Shown here: positions 1 to 12,075 of the stretch, piece after piece
Layout of the letters: every line of letters begins with the position of its first letter
How positions within the stretch are numbered: position 1 is the stretch's first letter
NCBI GenBank assembly: GCA_030390025.1
Contig: CM059432.1
Span: forward strand, 139,130,001-139,194,000
Source: Squalus acanthias
Taxonomy: Eukaryota
DNA length: 64,000 nucleotides
Direction of reading: 5' to 3'
The notes under the pieces: generated by a model
Seen by the model: only the letters and a program-made list of their open reading frames with translations
Told to the model about the DNA's origin: nothing
Databases searched by the model: none
Translations under genes and position numbers: made by a program

Positions 1-58
1 TCGTTATCGCCCCCCGGAGGTGACAACGGGAGGCGCTAAGGAGGCCAATTTCTAGGCC
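1..58. mobile_element. End of a GC-rich DNA-transposon/MITE (Harbinger-like terminus)
   Basis: CpG-rich segment ending ...ccaatttctaggcc|tca, similar in style to the termini at 62025 and 62858. Confidence 0.35.
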
Positions 59-699
59 TCAGTAAATTACAACCCTCATTTCTGTTTCAATTTTTACAGG
101 ATAAAGCAGGTCACAAATTGTAGCGCAACACAACAGAAAGGTTGGGAACCCTCCATAAAAGGATCTCACCCCCTTCAAGAGCAGGCGATTTCCATCTAGG
201 GACCGTGATTCCCGGAGATTGCAGGAGATGGAGAAGTTGGAAGTGCTAGTATCCCAAGACCACTTCTAGAGCACTACAATAAAAGATCCTATGAGAAAAA
301 CTCTCGCACAATATTTCCAGGAGCACTGAAAACATGCAAGACTCTTGCTTATCCAACATCAGTGTAAATATTCTAAGTTCTTTTGTCACCCTATCCTTTT
401 TATGTCTTTATAGGATCTCCTCAGGCTTCCCAAGCTGGTCCTCCCAGGACTCACCTGGACAACATCCCCAAGAGAAGTACCAGCCTACCTAGCACTCCAT
501 CATTGCACTTACCCACTTCCACCCTGGAAGGTTCAAACAAACATGAAATTGACGGGCAGGAAAAGACCATCTGGTCCATCAAGCCTGCCTCACACCATGA
601 TGGCTGGAGCATCAGGACTAAAAACGTCCTCGCTCCATTTAATTATTTTATAGGGCTCTATCAGGTCACCTCTAAGTCTACACTGCTCTAAAGTAAATA

Positions 700-931
700 A
701 AAATGAGAAGTCGCACAACACCAGGTTATAGTCCAACAGATTTATTTAATTTTACAAGCTTTCGGAGCTGTCGCTCCTTCGTTGCTAACTTCATTGCTAA
801 CTTACCTGACGAAGGAGCGACAGCTCCGAAAGCTTGTAAAATTAAATAAATCTGTTGGACTATAACCTGGTGTTGTGCGACTTCTCATTTTTGTCCACCC
901 CAGTCCAACGCCGGCATCTCCACATCATGAC
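700..931 (+). mobile_element. Palindromic Penelope-derived insertion with 14-bp TSD
   Basis: Perfect 84-bp inverted arms at 699-782 and 809-892 plus a one-sided tail; CTCTAAAGTAAATA is duplicated at 686-699 and 932-945. Confidence 0.8.
802..839 (+). ncRNA. Minimal type-I hammerhead ribozyme motif (Penelope-type)
   Basis: TTAC-CTGACGA-A-GGAGC-gaca-GCTCC-GAAA-GCTT-GTAA: complete core, 5-bp stem II, palindromic AAGCTT stem III and stem I TTAC/GTAA. Confidence 0.65.
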
Positions 932-1093
932 CTCTAAAGTAAATAGGCAAAGGTGCTTGAGCCTAAACAGCAGGAAGGCAACACCAATGGTGAGTCACAG
1001 TGGACAGGAGAAGAACAGATGGAGGGTGAGGAACAGGGAAACCCTCATTGGAGGATGAGGTCACCCTCCCTTCCCAGTTGCTGAGATCATGGA

Positions 1094-1488
1094 AACAACA
1101 ACAACAACTTGCATTTAGATAGCACCTTTAATGTAGTAAAACGTCCCAGGGCGCTTCACAGGAGCGATTATCAGACAAGAATTTGACACCGAGTCACAAA
1201 AGGAGATATTAGGACAGATGACCAAAAGTTTGGTCAAAGAGGTAGGTTTTAAGAAGTGTCTTAAAGGAGGAGAGAAGGGTAGAGAGCCGGAGAGGTTTAA
1301 GGAGGGAATTCCAGAGCTTAGGGCTCAGGCAGCTGAAGGCACGGCCGCGATTAAAATCGGGGATGCGCAAGAGGCCAGAATTGGAGGAGCGCAGATATCT
1401 CGGAGGGTTGTAGGACTGAAGGAGGTTACAGAGACAGGGAGGGGGTGAGGCCATGGAGGGATTTGAAAATAATGATGAGAATTTTAAA
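1094..1488 (-). mobile_element. L2 LINE 3' fragment
   Basis: Encodes YLRSSNSGLL..GRAFS..PKLWNSL..FKTLLKTYLF; (TTG)n tail. Confidence 0.85.
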
Positions 1489-2544
1489 TTTTAAACCAGA
1501 TCTCCATGACCCAGCCTTTAAGAGAAGGATGCATTCTGAGCACAACAGATTATCGGGGTCCTTGGTGGAGCTGGCTGGAAGCTTCTCAACAAATGGCAGC
1601 TAGCATGGAGCAATCCGCCAGTCGCATGAGGAGGATACTGAGGATCAGCTTAGAGAGCCTGCAAAAACTCTTGGATAAAGGGGCAATTCTGGGGCCACAC
1701 CACCAAAAACAACTCAAACTACTGCCATCCAGGCCTATGGTTACACTTTCACTACCTCACTGGGCATGGTTAAAAATGCGCTTATCTAAATGATGTATGT
1801 GGTGGAAATGGGCTTCCATGATGTAATTGGAACCGTCAGGTCTGTACACTTGCAGGTCAGAGGGAACAGTGTCATGGATACTCCAACTAGGGTCGGCGGG
1901 GGGTGGGGCGGTGGGTGACGTGGCCATGGAAGGCGAGAGTCTCTCGCTGGACTTCCACATGACTCCTGCAACCCCATCTGTGACTGTCAAGAGCCAGGAG
2001 GTTCAGACTATATTCATACCTTTGGATAGTTCACAGCCTCTGGGGTCCGTGCTCGAGGAGATTGGGGACCACCTCGTTCCCAGTGCCATGTTCCAGAGAC
2101 ACAGCTTAACCCTCCTCTCCTAGTCTCCGGTAAGTAGAGACTTGTGTTGCAGAAACATTTGGATAGGTTAAGTGTGGACCCAGAACACCACCACAGAATG
2201 GTGGGCAAGAAGGAAGCACCATGGTGATATACAGTCAGACAAAAAATATATTGGAATAAATCACAGACGGCACTCTATCATTGTTCTATTTGTGCTTCTT
2301 TTCTTTACTGTAGATGAGCAGGGAAATCCAGTGTGGGTGAAACTTTGGAAATAGGAGGAGAGTGCTGGAAGCATTCTCACTGTTTAGATTATGGGATGGA
2401 CTAATAACATACATTTGATAATAGGAATTATTGCATTTTGTAGTAAATAATGCATCATGACTGCAGGGATACAATATTTAAGTCAGACAATTCTTTTCTT
2501 GCACACTTGCAAATTACATAGCTCAAATGAATAAAAGAAAAAAA

Positions 2545-2652
2545 AGAAAGTCTTGCATTTATACAGCGCCTTTCACGATCTCAGGACATCCCAAAGCGCT
2601 TTACAGCCAATTAAGTACTTTTTGAAGTGTAGTCACTGTTGTAATGTAGGAA
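2545..2652 (-). mobile_element. Deu-SINE (SacSINE1-like) 3' fragment
   Basis: Matches the tail of the fuller copies, e.g. 9912-10308. Confidence 0.75.
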
Positions 2653-3748
2653 TACTGAAGCATAACTGCCATACAATATGGTTCAGTAATTCTGCCTGAT
2701 AATATGTTGCTTGTGCATAAGCATAAGTTAATATTGTTTACATCTATCAAAGAGAAAACTGTATTATTCATCAGCATTCTATTGTTCTATTCTCTCACTA
2801 TTCCTCCCCATCCAAATCATCTCATTAAAAACCTACAAAGCTCTATACAATGGCAAAGTTCTATACTGTTCTGACTGGTGCTGGGGACGCAATGCTGCAA
2901 TTCCCACACAAGAAGGTCGCAGCGTCATTTACGGGTTGTTACATTACTTTAGCTATCACATTAACTGAATCGTGAATAGAATTAGCACATATCGTCAAAC
3001 AGAAAAAAGTGAACTGCATTCAGCAATACTTAACCTGGTGGACATACCCTGATCTTAAGTGTATCCACTGCAAACATATTTTACATTTTAAATTATAGAA
3101 CAAATCTTAATGGATAAAGAATGATTAGCTATCAAAACACAAGGGAAATTAAGTGCTGAGAAGCCTACATTGATTATTTTAAATTATTGGGCTTAGAACA
3201 TAATGCATCTTTGACTCTCTTTTGGATTTGGTATGCTTTTAGTGAGCTTTAGCACATTTACAAGACTTATGGACTATAATTACAAGGGAATTCAGGTAAT
3301 AGACACATCAGTTATAGGTAACGTGCCTTAACCGGACAATTGCATAAAGACTTGCAACATGCTCACCACTTGAGCGGACTTATCAATAAGCATCAAATAA
3401 TACGAACACTTAATCCTGGGCCTCGGAGATCCAAGACGGCTAAAGTAACTATCAATTTAAAAATGAGTGTTGAGAGAGGGAGAGAGAATTATATCGTGGT
3501 CTCATATCCAAGGTTAAGTAGCTTCTTGAAGTTATGTCGCACACTACATCTCATACCACAGTTGAGAACCTGCCCATGAACAGAACTTTTCCCTGTCCAC
3601 AAATGGAAGGAAGGGCCATGTTTTTGCACAGATCATTCTTCAGAGTAGGCACAAATTGCTGCAATCGATTTTCTAGAATCAACAAAAACGTGGGGGGGGG
3701 GGGGGGGGGGAAACTTCAAGTAAATAATGTCAACATAGCTATACGTAC

Positions 3749-6700
3749 CAGTATGCGTGCGGATGTGGGCAAGAAACGCCAGCGAATTGCTGCTCTTGCA
3801 GATCTTCCCACAATACTTGCAGACGTTGCCTTGATTTTCCTGCCGTTCACAGTTTATCTGTTCCGTGTCCTCCACAATGTACTTGTTCACTTCCCTCAGC
3901 ATTTCCTCATGCTTCTGCTTGATGTGCACAAAGAGGTCCTGCTCTGAATCAAAAGGTGTGCTGCACTTGACGCACTTGAAGGTGGCACCGCCTTCTGGCA
4001 GCTCTTCAATGCTCTCCTGTTCCATTCTCTGGTGGCCCACGCTGGCCAAATGCTGGTGCAAGTTACTCTCTGTGTAAAACGACTTGCCGCACAGCAAGCA
4101 GTGGAAGTGCTTTTCCGCAGAAGGATGCTTCATGGCAATGTGAACATTCAACCCGTTTACGCCATCGGCCAGGAACCCACAGTCCTCACAGCGAATGCGT
4201 TTTGGATCGTGCAATAAAGATCCTTCGGTTTTCCTCTTCCTCGCAACTTGCGAAGGATCAGTCTTGTAAACTGCAACTGCCCACTCGTTGGGTGAGATTC
4301 CATCGGCTCCCTGGCTATCTTCACTATTGTCAGTGCATTCGGATTTTTCAATCCAGGACTTGTTTTTTAATCTTACTATGGAGGCATCAAACTCAAAATA
4401 TTTTTGCAATCCCTTACCCTGGAAATCCAGCTTTGTAAGGCCGTCACTGGTACTCTCGGTTACTTCCAAGGCATCGCTTTCCATTTCTTGGCTCATTTCA
4501 TTTGCACTTTTCGTATCCCAGTTCTTCTCTCTTAATGCTGCTTCAACTTTGTTTTGTGCATCTAAAAGAGCCTCATCCACTCCAAAATCTTGTTGGTGCT
4601 CAGTATCATCCTGCTCGGACACCGCTGCTGTTGTCGGCTCTACGATGTCTTCATAGTTGTTATGAATTTGTTGTACAAGGTAAACTTGGAAGTGATCAGA
4701 GTTCTCAGGCTGCTGAAGACTTGCGACTTTCAGATGACCATCTTCATTTTGTTCTGTAGCGCTACCTTCACCACCTTCTGCGAGGGCTGAAAGTTCTAGT
4801 TGCACTTTGTTTTGTTCTGTCACACCATTGTAATTCGGCAGGTTTTCATCTGGATCAACCATCTCATTTGGTGTGCTATCCAAGTTCAATCTTATTTCCG
4901 TTGTCACCTCAGCCAGTTTAACATTCGGCTCATCTTTCTGTCGCTCGTCAGCCTGGGAACCCTCTTGAAAATCGTCCTCTTCTATCCGAGAAGCTTCAAC
5001 ACTTGAATCAATATCATCATTACTCGTCACACTGGTTTTCTGCAACGTGACAATGTCTACACGACACCTACTCAAATCTTCCTCAATGGGTGCCTCTGAA
5101 ATCTGATTTTGGGTTGCTTCCAGTACTGCTGACTTTACTGATACAGAATTCAATTCTGAAGAATGGTCCTCGGTATCTAAAGATGCATCTGAGTGTGCAG
5201 TATTTGCCTCTAATATTCCAGATTCAGCTTCAGAGGAAATTTCTGATTTACACACTGTTGGCAGAGTCTGAATATTTTCTTCTTCTTTAGCCATTTCATT
5301 TCGCAAGGATTTTCCCTCACTTTCTGCCGTCTCAAATGCGGCTATTGTCTCTTTAGAAGCACTGGCTACATCATCGCTTTCTGGTGCTTTCTCAGTTTCA
5401 ATGATGTGTAAAGTAAATTCCTGGGCAGCATCTTGAGGAATTTCTGAAGCTTCCTCTTCTTCATTCCAGCTCCCTTTATCCAGAAAATCCTCACTCCCTT
5501 CCTTCTGAGTTCCATTCTGTGGCGCATCAGTCACCGGTGTGCTGGATTCACACGCCTCGTACTGTCCTTTATCCTGATTTAATTTGAGGTAGGACTGACT
5601 TTTAAGCTTATGCTTCTCTGTAAAGGCATGTCTCATCATTTCGCGCCGAGTGACAGCATAGTAATCACACGCCATACAATAGTAGTCAAAATCTTTAGTG
5701 TGTTTACGTTTGACGTGTAACTCGAGAGTAGCAAGGGAGTAAGCAACAAAGCCACAGTACACACAAGTATTCGCATGGTTTCCTTTGAGTCGTTTGGAAT
5801 TGGATGAACGGTCATCTTGCGTTGTATTATTTGATTCCACGTCCAGAACTGCCTCCGCATCTTTTTGATTTTCCACATTCTGTGGATGCTGTGCTGAAAG
5901 AAGACTCTCTAAATTTACACGAGTACACTTCTCAGTGCTCCCGGACTGGCTCTCTACATCGGGAATCTCCGGCTCCAAAACTTTGCTGCTGTTTTCAACA
6001 CGTTCAGCTGAAGAAAGTGCAGCAGCATCGGTCTCAATCACTTGTGGGTTACCTTTGTTGGGAGAGGCGGTAATCTTTCTGCAGACTTCAACAGTCTTGG
6101 AGACGTCAGCCCGATTTTTGTGTTTCTTGGTGCTGCAGTGACGATCCATGTCTCCTTTGGTGACCGTGTAGTAGTTGCATGCCTTGCAGAAGTAGCTGTA
6201 TTGGTGACTGTGTTTCCGCCTTATATGAATGTTCAGGTTCGTGACACTGGAAGCCAACAGACCGCAATAAGGGCAAGTTCTAGAAATATTCCCTGTGGGG
6301 CGCCCTCTTTTAATGCTTTCTGCTGACTGAAGATCACTGTCTTTTTGAACATTTTCCACATTGCTTGCATCACCTTCTGATATCTCCCAAGTTACGACAA
6401 ATTCCTCTTTGGATTTTGACGGTTCGAGCACCTGAACACAGCCTTTATCTATTTCAGTATTAACATTCTCTAAAGCCCCGGGGGTCTTCATGGTTTTTTG
6501 AACATCCTGAACCCCAATAGACACTTCTTCCACACACTCCTCCACCGATGGGCCAAGATTTCTTTTCTTAGCGTTCTCAATGTGCCTACTCCGTTTAATA
6601 TGTTTTTCCATGGCTTCCTTGCTAATCGTGTAGAGGCTACACACTTTACAAAGAAAGTGATACTCTTGTGCATGTCTAAGTCTTATATGTTTCAAAAGCA

Positions 6701-9254
6701 CTGTGGCTGATCGAGCTTTATAAAAGCAGTTCTTGCACTGTAATTGGGGTCTGCTGTGCGTTGAGCGTCTCAATATATTTCCTGCAACTAATCTTGTGAT
6801 GGAAGGCTTCTGAAGATCTTTTAACAAAGGGCCTGCTCTTGGTACAGTAGGTTCTTCACTTCCATCTGAAGAAGAGATTTTATTCGGCTCCTTTTCTCTC
6901 GGCTGCTGTCTTTCGGTTTGCTCGGCCGGAGTATCTTTCTGCTGCGGGAGTATATTTCTTGTGTGCTGCTCAGTACTTTCGTGGTTCGCTAGATCCTCTT
7001 CCGATACAAAGTGCAGTTTGCAAGCCGAGCAGTAAAACGCCATTTTGTGTTCTTGGTTCATGTGATCCTTGAGAGCTTCTTCATTCGAGGTCACAAACGC
7101 GCAGAGTCGACAGTCAATCTTGGAGAAGTTCATTTGGTGCCGGTTGCTTTGACAATGTTTTTCGAAGTCACCCTTTGTGACACAGGCATAGCCACACGGT
7201 TGACAATGAAACTCCATTTCTTTTGTGTGACGCCTCTTTATGTGCACCTCCAAGCCCTTTCTGTTCTGAAATAAATGGCCACAGTAGGAGCAGGTGCGGA
7301 GGGCTTTACGGTCGGCAGGGCTTAGCTTCGATTCGGGATTCTCAACTTTGGAGGCTTTGTTGTCTGCTAGACTGGCAGATGGGGACTGAAGGTTTTGATC
7401 CTGTGAAGTACTTTCAATGCTGTTTTCAACCAATGCTGATGAATGAGGAACTTCTGATGGGGTCGATTCTCCTTCTTGATTGCCACTTGAGCAACTTATT
7501 TTAGAAGCTTTCCCATTCTCTAAGTTTGCATCAGTTGCACTTGGTAAGTTTGCATCACTACTTTTACCTTGATTCTCAGGTTTTCCTTCAAGGTGGTCTG
7601 TTTTTTTGGCAATTATTTTACTTATTGGTTTTATACCACGATTCTTCCTTCCAGGAAGTCTGCCTCGACCTCGCTGCACTTCAGGAAAAATTTCTCTCCG
7701 GTGAGGAAGCCGGCCTCTACTTCGACTATTATCCATCGTCAAAAGGCTACCTCTTCCTCGAAGGTTTCTTGGAGCCCTTTGGTTCCCCACTTCTTCCTTG
7801 GAAAATCTGCCCTTACTTCTTGTACTCCGAACGTGTTCAGAACTGTCCTTGTAACGCACATTGCACGGTCTCAGGCTAACAATATTACCTTTATCAGAGC
7901 ACCTTAGTCTTCGATTACCCACCTGTTCTTGGGGAAGATTAATTGGTTCCTTTACTCTTCTCAAAGTTCTTTTGACAGATGCTTTTCCAACACTACAATC
8001 ATTAAGCTCCGCTCGTTCATTTGCTGTTGGCACTTTTTCACTAGATAAAGCTTCTGCACAGAGATCATTACCACTGTTCTTAGACTTCTCCAAACGCATA
8101 ACGCTTTTAACATCCTTCTGGGCAAAACTTCTGCTCCTTGTTCTTCTCAAATTTTCAGGCTTCTTGCCCAATCTCAGCTCATCGTTGTTAACGTGCTTTG
8201 CACTCTCTACATTGTCTTTTGCATCGTATTCACCAGAAAGACCCTTTTTGGAGAGCAAATGTATGTAGCCGCCCCGTGCAGCAAGATTCTTCCGGCGAAG
8301 GTGAGTCTTTCCACGGCAGTGGGTTTTCAGCAGGTTTTCATCGTAACACTGGTAGCCACAGAGATCACAACTCAATCTTTCTTCTTGTACATGCTTGTGC
8401 TTGAGATGTGCTTGCAAAGATGCTACACTCTCAGCCTTGAATTTGCACTGAGGGCACATGTGCGCCTTGGATCGTTTGGAATGATTCTCTTTAATGTGTT
8501 TGTCCAAGTCATAGCGCGAAGGCAATAACTGGCCGCAGAGCCTACAGTTAAATCCTTCCTTTGTACTTGTATTTTTACTTGTGCTTTTAGCTTGTTTTTT
8601 ATGGAGAACTGAAGAAATGTGCTTTCTGTAGCTCTCCTTTGATGGGCTAGTAACATTGCAAATATCACAAACGAAATAATTGTCATTGAAGTGGCATTGC
8701 TTTACATGAGTTTTTAGTGCAGTGTTATTTTTCGCTGTAAAGTTGCAAGAAGGGCATGGCTGACCTGCGCTAACTTTGACCTTCTTAGTTGCGCTCTGAC
8801 AATCTCCCATTTGTCCTTCGGGCTGTGCATTGGATTTCTTCACGTCATTTCGCACCTGCCCGGTTTCTGTCTGTGCCGGCTTTATGTCACGTGGCGAAGC
8901 CAAGGATTCGGCAACCACAAGATCCCCGCTGCCCTGAGATTGTTCCAAAGTGTCACGTTTCTGTCTTTTGGCCGGAGGGTCATCACCACCACACGGTCGC
9001 TTGCTACCCTCTGCTCCAACCTCGTTTTGACAGACGCCGTCGGTGACCGCCTTTATTTCCGAGGCGCCGCTTACAGGCGAGTCCTCGGCGTTCTCCGGCT
9101 CGGCGCTTGTTTCTCGCCTGCAACATCCGAGTGACTCGGTTTGTGGATCCTGTGCGAGCGCGGGTGCCGCTTCGGTTTTCTCGCTTTCCTCTTCGTTGGC
9201 TGGTAACTGAACGGAGTCACGCTCGGGATCTTTGGACTCTTCATTTAAATCCAT
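3749..9254 (-). CDS. ZNF407: Zinc finger protein 407, giant first coding exon (1835 codons plus 1 nt); the gene continues beyond the left end of the window
   Basis: Long ORF with many C2H2 and matrin/U1-type fingers and ZNF407-typical motifs (KTHLRRKNLAARGG, KRGRPTGNISRTCPYC, RIRCEDCGFLADG..GLNVHIAMKHP, SSNSLAFLAHIRTHTG). It ends at the phase-1 donor ACTG|GTACGT (exon end 3749). An in-frame TAA lies just upstream of GCAGCAATGG. Confidence 0.95.
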
Positions 9255-9301
9255 TGCTGCGGCTTACGATCGAGGTATTTCATGTTGCTGCCAGGGAACA
9301 T
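9245..9301 (-). promoter_or_regulatory. Out-of-frame uORF (MFPGSNMKYLDRKPQQWI*) overlapping the ZNF407 start codon
   Basis: ATGs at 9301 and 9283 are in frame with TAA at 9247-9245, which lies downstream of the main ATG at 9254. Confidence 0.55.
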
Positions 9302-9339
9302 CAGTAGAACGGAACAGATCGTCTCCACTCCCTTTGACC
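9255..9339 (-). other. ZNF407: 5' UTR part of ZNF407 exon 2
   Basis: Polypyrimidine acceptor ttttttctccatcacatttag|GGTC, with the AG at 9341-9340. Confidence 0.75.
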
Positions 9340-9911
9340 CTAAATGTGATGGAGAAAAAAAATATATATAAACGCCACTGTAATTCAAAAGTATTCAACA
9401 GCGAAAAACTACACAACGTACAGGCTACTCCAACCAAGGAAAAAAATGGAAACAGTGAATTTAACAGAAAGATTTTTTTTTTTTAAATGGGGTGGAGGCA
9501 TTTCTGATGTACAGAAATGTTACCATTTTGTTCAGTAATCTTTGTCATTATTTTGCTGCTTTTCATCGCATACACAGAAGAAAAATGCTTTAAATCATTA
9601 TTATACCATATATTATTGGACGCGCATTCAAAAGAAAAATATTAATGCATTATAGTAGAAAATGACAATAAATGGGCTCCACTGTGTATCCTTTTGCTCA
9701 TGAGTGTCTTCACATAGAGTGCAATAGTGTGTAATTATTGCAAAGTATATAATTGTTAAATTCTGAAGTAAAAAATTATAGGTTGTCAAAAGATTCAAAA
9801 AGGAATCCAACTAAAGAAGAGTAGAGAGCTGGTTACTCCATGGCTACCTATATAATACAATATTTATACAAGTGAGCCCAACTGCATAACTGTGCGGATG
9901 TCCAGTATAAT

Positions 9912-10308
9912 AAAGAAAGAAAATAAAGACTTGCATTTATATAGCGCCTTTCATGACCTCAGGACGTCCCAAAGCGCTTTACAGCCAATGAAGTACTTTT
10001 TGAAGTATAGTCACTGTTCCAATGTAGGAAACGCAGCAGCCAATTTGCGCACAGCAAGCTCCCACAGACAGCAATGTGATAATGGCCAAATAATCTGTTT
10101 TTTTGTGATGTTGATTGAGGGATAAATATTGGCCAGGACACTGGGGAGACCTCCCCTGCTCTTCTTCGAAATAGTACCGCGGGATCTTTTACGTCCACCT
10201 GAGGGCAGACGGGGCCTCGGTTTAACGTCTCATCCGAAAGACGGCACCTCCGACGGTGCAGCGCTCCCTCAGCACTGCACTGGAGTGTCAGCCTAGATTT
10301 TTGTGCTC
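9912..10308 (-). mobile_element. Deu-domain SINE (SacSINE1/AmnSINE1-like)
   Basis: Deu core GGAGGTGCCGTCTTTCGGATGAGACGTTAAACCGAGG...; tail AAAGGCGCTATATAAATGCAAGTCTTT; at least 10 copies in the window. Confidence 0.8.
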
Positions 10309-11566
10309 GTACAATTATCATACAGTGTTGCGCCAGCCTGTACTACTACAGAAGAGAGGCAAAAGACTGCCCGATAATCAGCGTATACAAGGGCACCCCA
10401 TAATACCCATGGCCAGTTAGAGTACTGCAAAGTGATTAAACCAATATCAGAGGATTGCACAACACTTGGTGTACCCGAGGAAGCGGAGATAAATCAAACC
10501 AAAGGATGAAACTTCAGCTGATTACTTCCCCCCCCCGCCAGCCACCCCCCACCCCACCGTAAAAGGTGGATAGTAAAAGCAAGGCCCGCGAGTCCAATGT
10601 TGTTTTTGGCGGCCTTGAATTTTCCGTCGGCCACTTCTGCGTGATGGGATCAGATAAATGTCAGCAACCTGCGTTTTACTGCGGTCTGAAAATCAATCCA
10701 GAACTCTCACAAGATAAGGCCGTGATTAAGGGGCGAGCAGCAAGCATAGTTAGATGGAAAAGGGTTTCTTGTAGTTGATGTGGCAGATACTAATATTTTG
10801 ATACGGCATCAGATGTTTGATGTCCTCCAGCTATGAGACCAAACATGGACACAACTGCTGAGGAATTCTCCTCATAGAACACAGCAAAAGGAAAACTGCC
10901 CAGAGGTGACCTTATACAATGCGTTAAGAGATCATTGGTGCTCAGTCTGCAATCTCTTAAAGGGGCAGAAGCCCTCTGGATTGTCACAGTTGGATTGGTG
11001 AGCTAACCCTGGTACGGGGGGGTGGGGGGGAATATAATCAACAATGTTGGTATGATTAAGTCGCAACAAATCAACATCAATCTTCACACAGCAGCGCACT
11101 CCGACCGAAAAAGGTTAAAAATGAATGGATGCTATGATTGCTGTTCATCATTCACTTTGACAAGCTTTTAACGATTTAAAATTATCAGCAGCAGTTTACA
11201 TTATTTTAAGGAAAAATACTTTATTTAATAAATGAATTCATCAAATAAAGCAAGTCGAATGGGCAGAGAAAGCAGACATCAATCAGGTGTAAAAGCTTAC
11301 ATTTGCATGAATAAAGAGAGAGAGATGCAGGGCACAACTGCATGAATTGCTTGTGATGTCGTCTCAAAATGGAAAGAAACACTAAGGTACCATTTTATAG
11401 TGGAATAAGATATCAAGTGCCCCCCAGTTCCAACATTAAATTTGCCGCCCATTATAACCACAATATTGATTTCATGACCACCTATTTTTGAAAGCAGAAA
11501 AATTCAGGAAGAATGTGTTTACGACCAGCAAGTGGTTGACAGAAATGCTCGTATTGATTATTAATC

Positions 11567-12075
11567 ATAGAATGATACAGCACAGAAGGAGGCCATTTGA
11601 CCCATCATGCCTGTGCCGGCTCTTTGGTAGAGCTATCCAGATGAATCCCACTCCCTTGCTCTTTCCCCATAGTCCTGTAAATCTTTTTCCTTCAATGCTC
11701 AGAACAGAAGGACAGCAAGCGAGATGGGATTAACTTTACATGGAATGTACAGCACAGAAACAGGCCATTTGGCCCAACTGGTCTACGCCAGTGTTTGTGC
11801 TCCACACAAGCCTCCTCCCACCCTACTTCATCTAACCCTGCTATTCCTTTCTCCCTCGTGTGCTTACCTTTAAATGCATCTCTGCTAGTCACCTCAACCA
11901 CTCCCTGTGGTAGCGAGTTCCACATTCTAACCACTCTCTGGGAAAAGACATTTCTCCTGAATTCCCTATTGGATTTATTATCTTATATTTATGGTCCCAA
12001 GTTTTGGTCTCGTCTGTAAGTGGAAACAAATTCTCTACGTCTACCCTAGCAAACCCTTTCATAATCTTAAAGACC
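11567..12075 (-). mobile_element. Two CR1 LINE 3' fragments
   Basis: VVRMWNSLPQGVVE..DAFKG motif and CR1 tail GGGCCxAATGGCCT. Confidence 0.75.

Larger units (their letters stand above)
99..2250 (+). pseudogene. Degenerate PIF/Harbinger-like Myb/SANT-protein remnant, interrupted by a PLE palindrome and an L2 fragment
   Basis: After an acceptor-like tttttacag, broken frames give DKAGH...GNPP*KDLTPF..EQAISI*G, similar to the GGGPP..LTP.EE.AL.ILG motif of Harbinger/NAIF1-like proteins; coiled-coil-like ORF at 1506-1793. Confidence 0.3.

Noticed and set aside
3633..3748. C-terminal TYSYVDIIYLKFPPPPPP... of the 1873-aa ORF
   Set aside because: Read-through into the intron past the GTACGT donor; the polyproline comes from a poly-G tract.
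3534..9486. Numerous plus-strand and alternative-frame ORFs over the ZNF407 exon
   Set aside because: Shadow ORFs of a long coding exon, with no recognisable domains.
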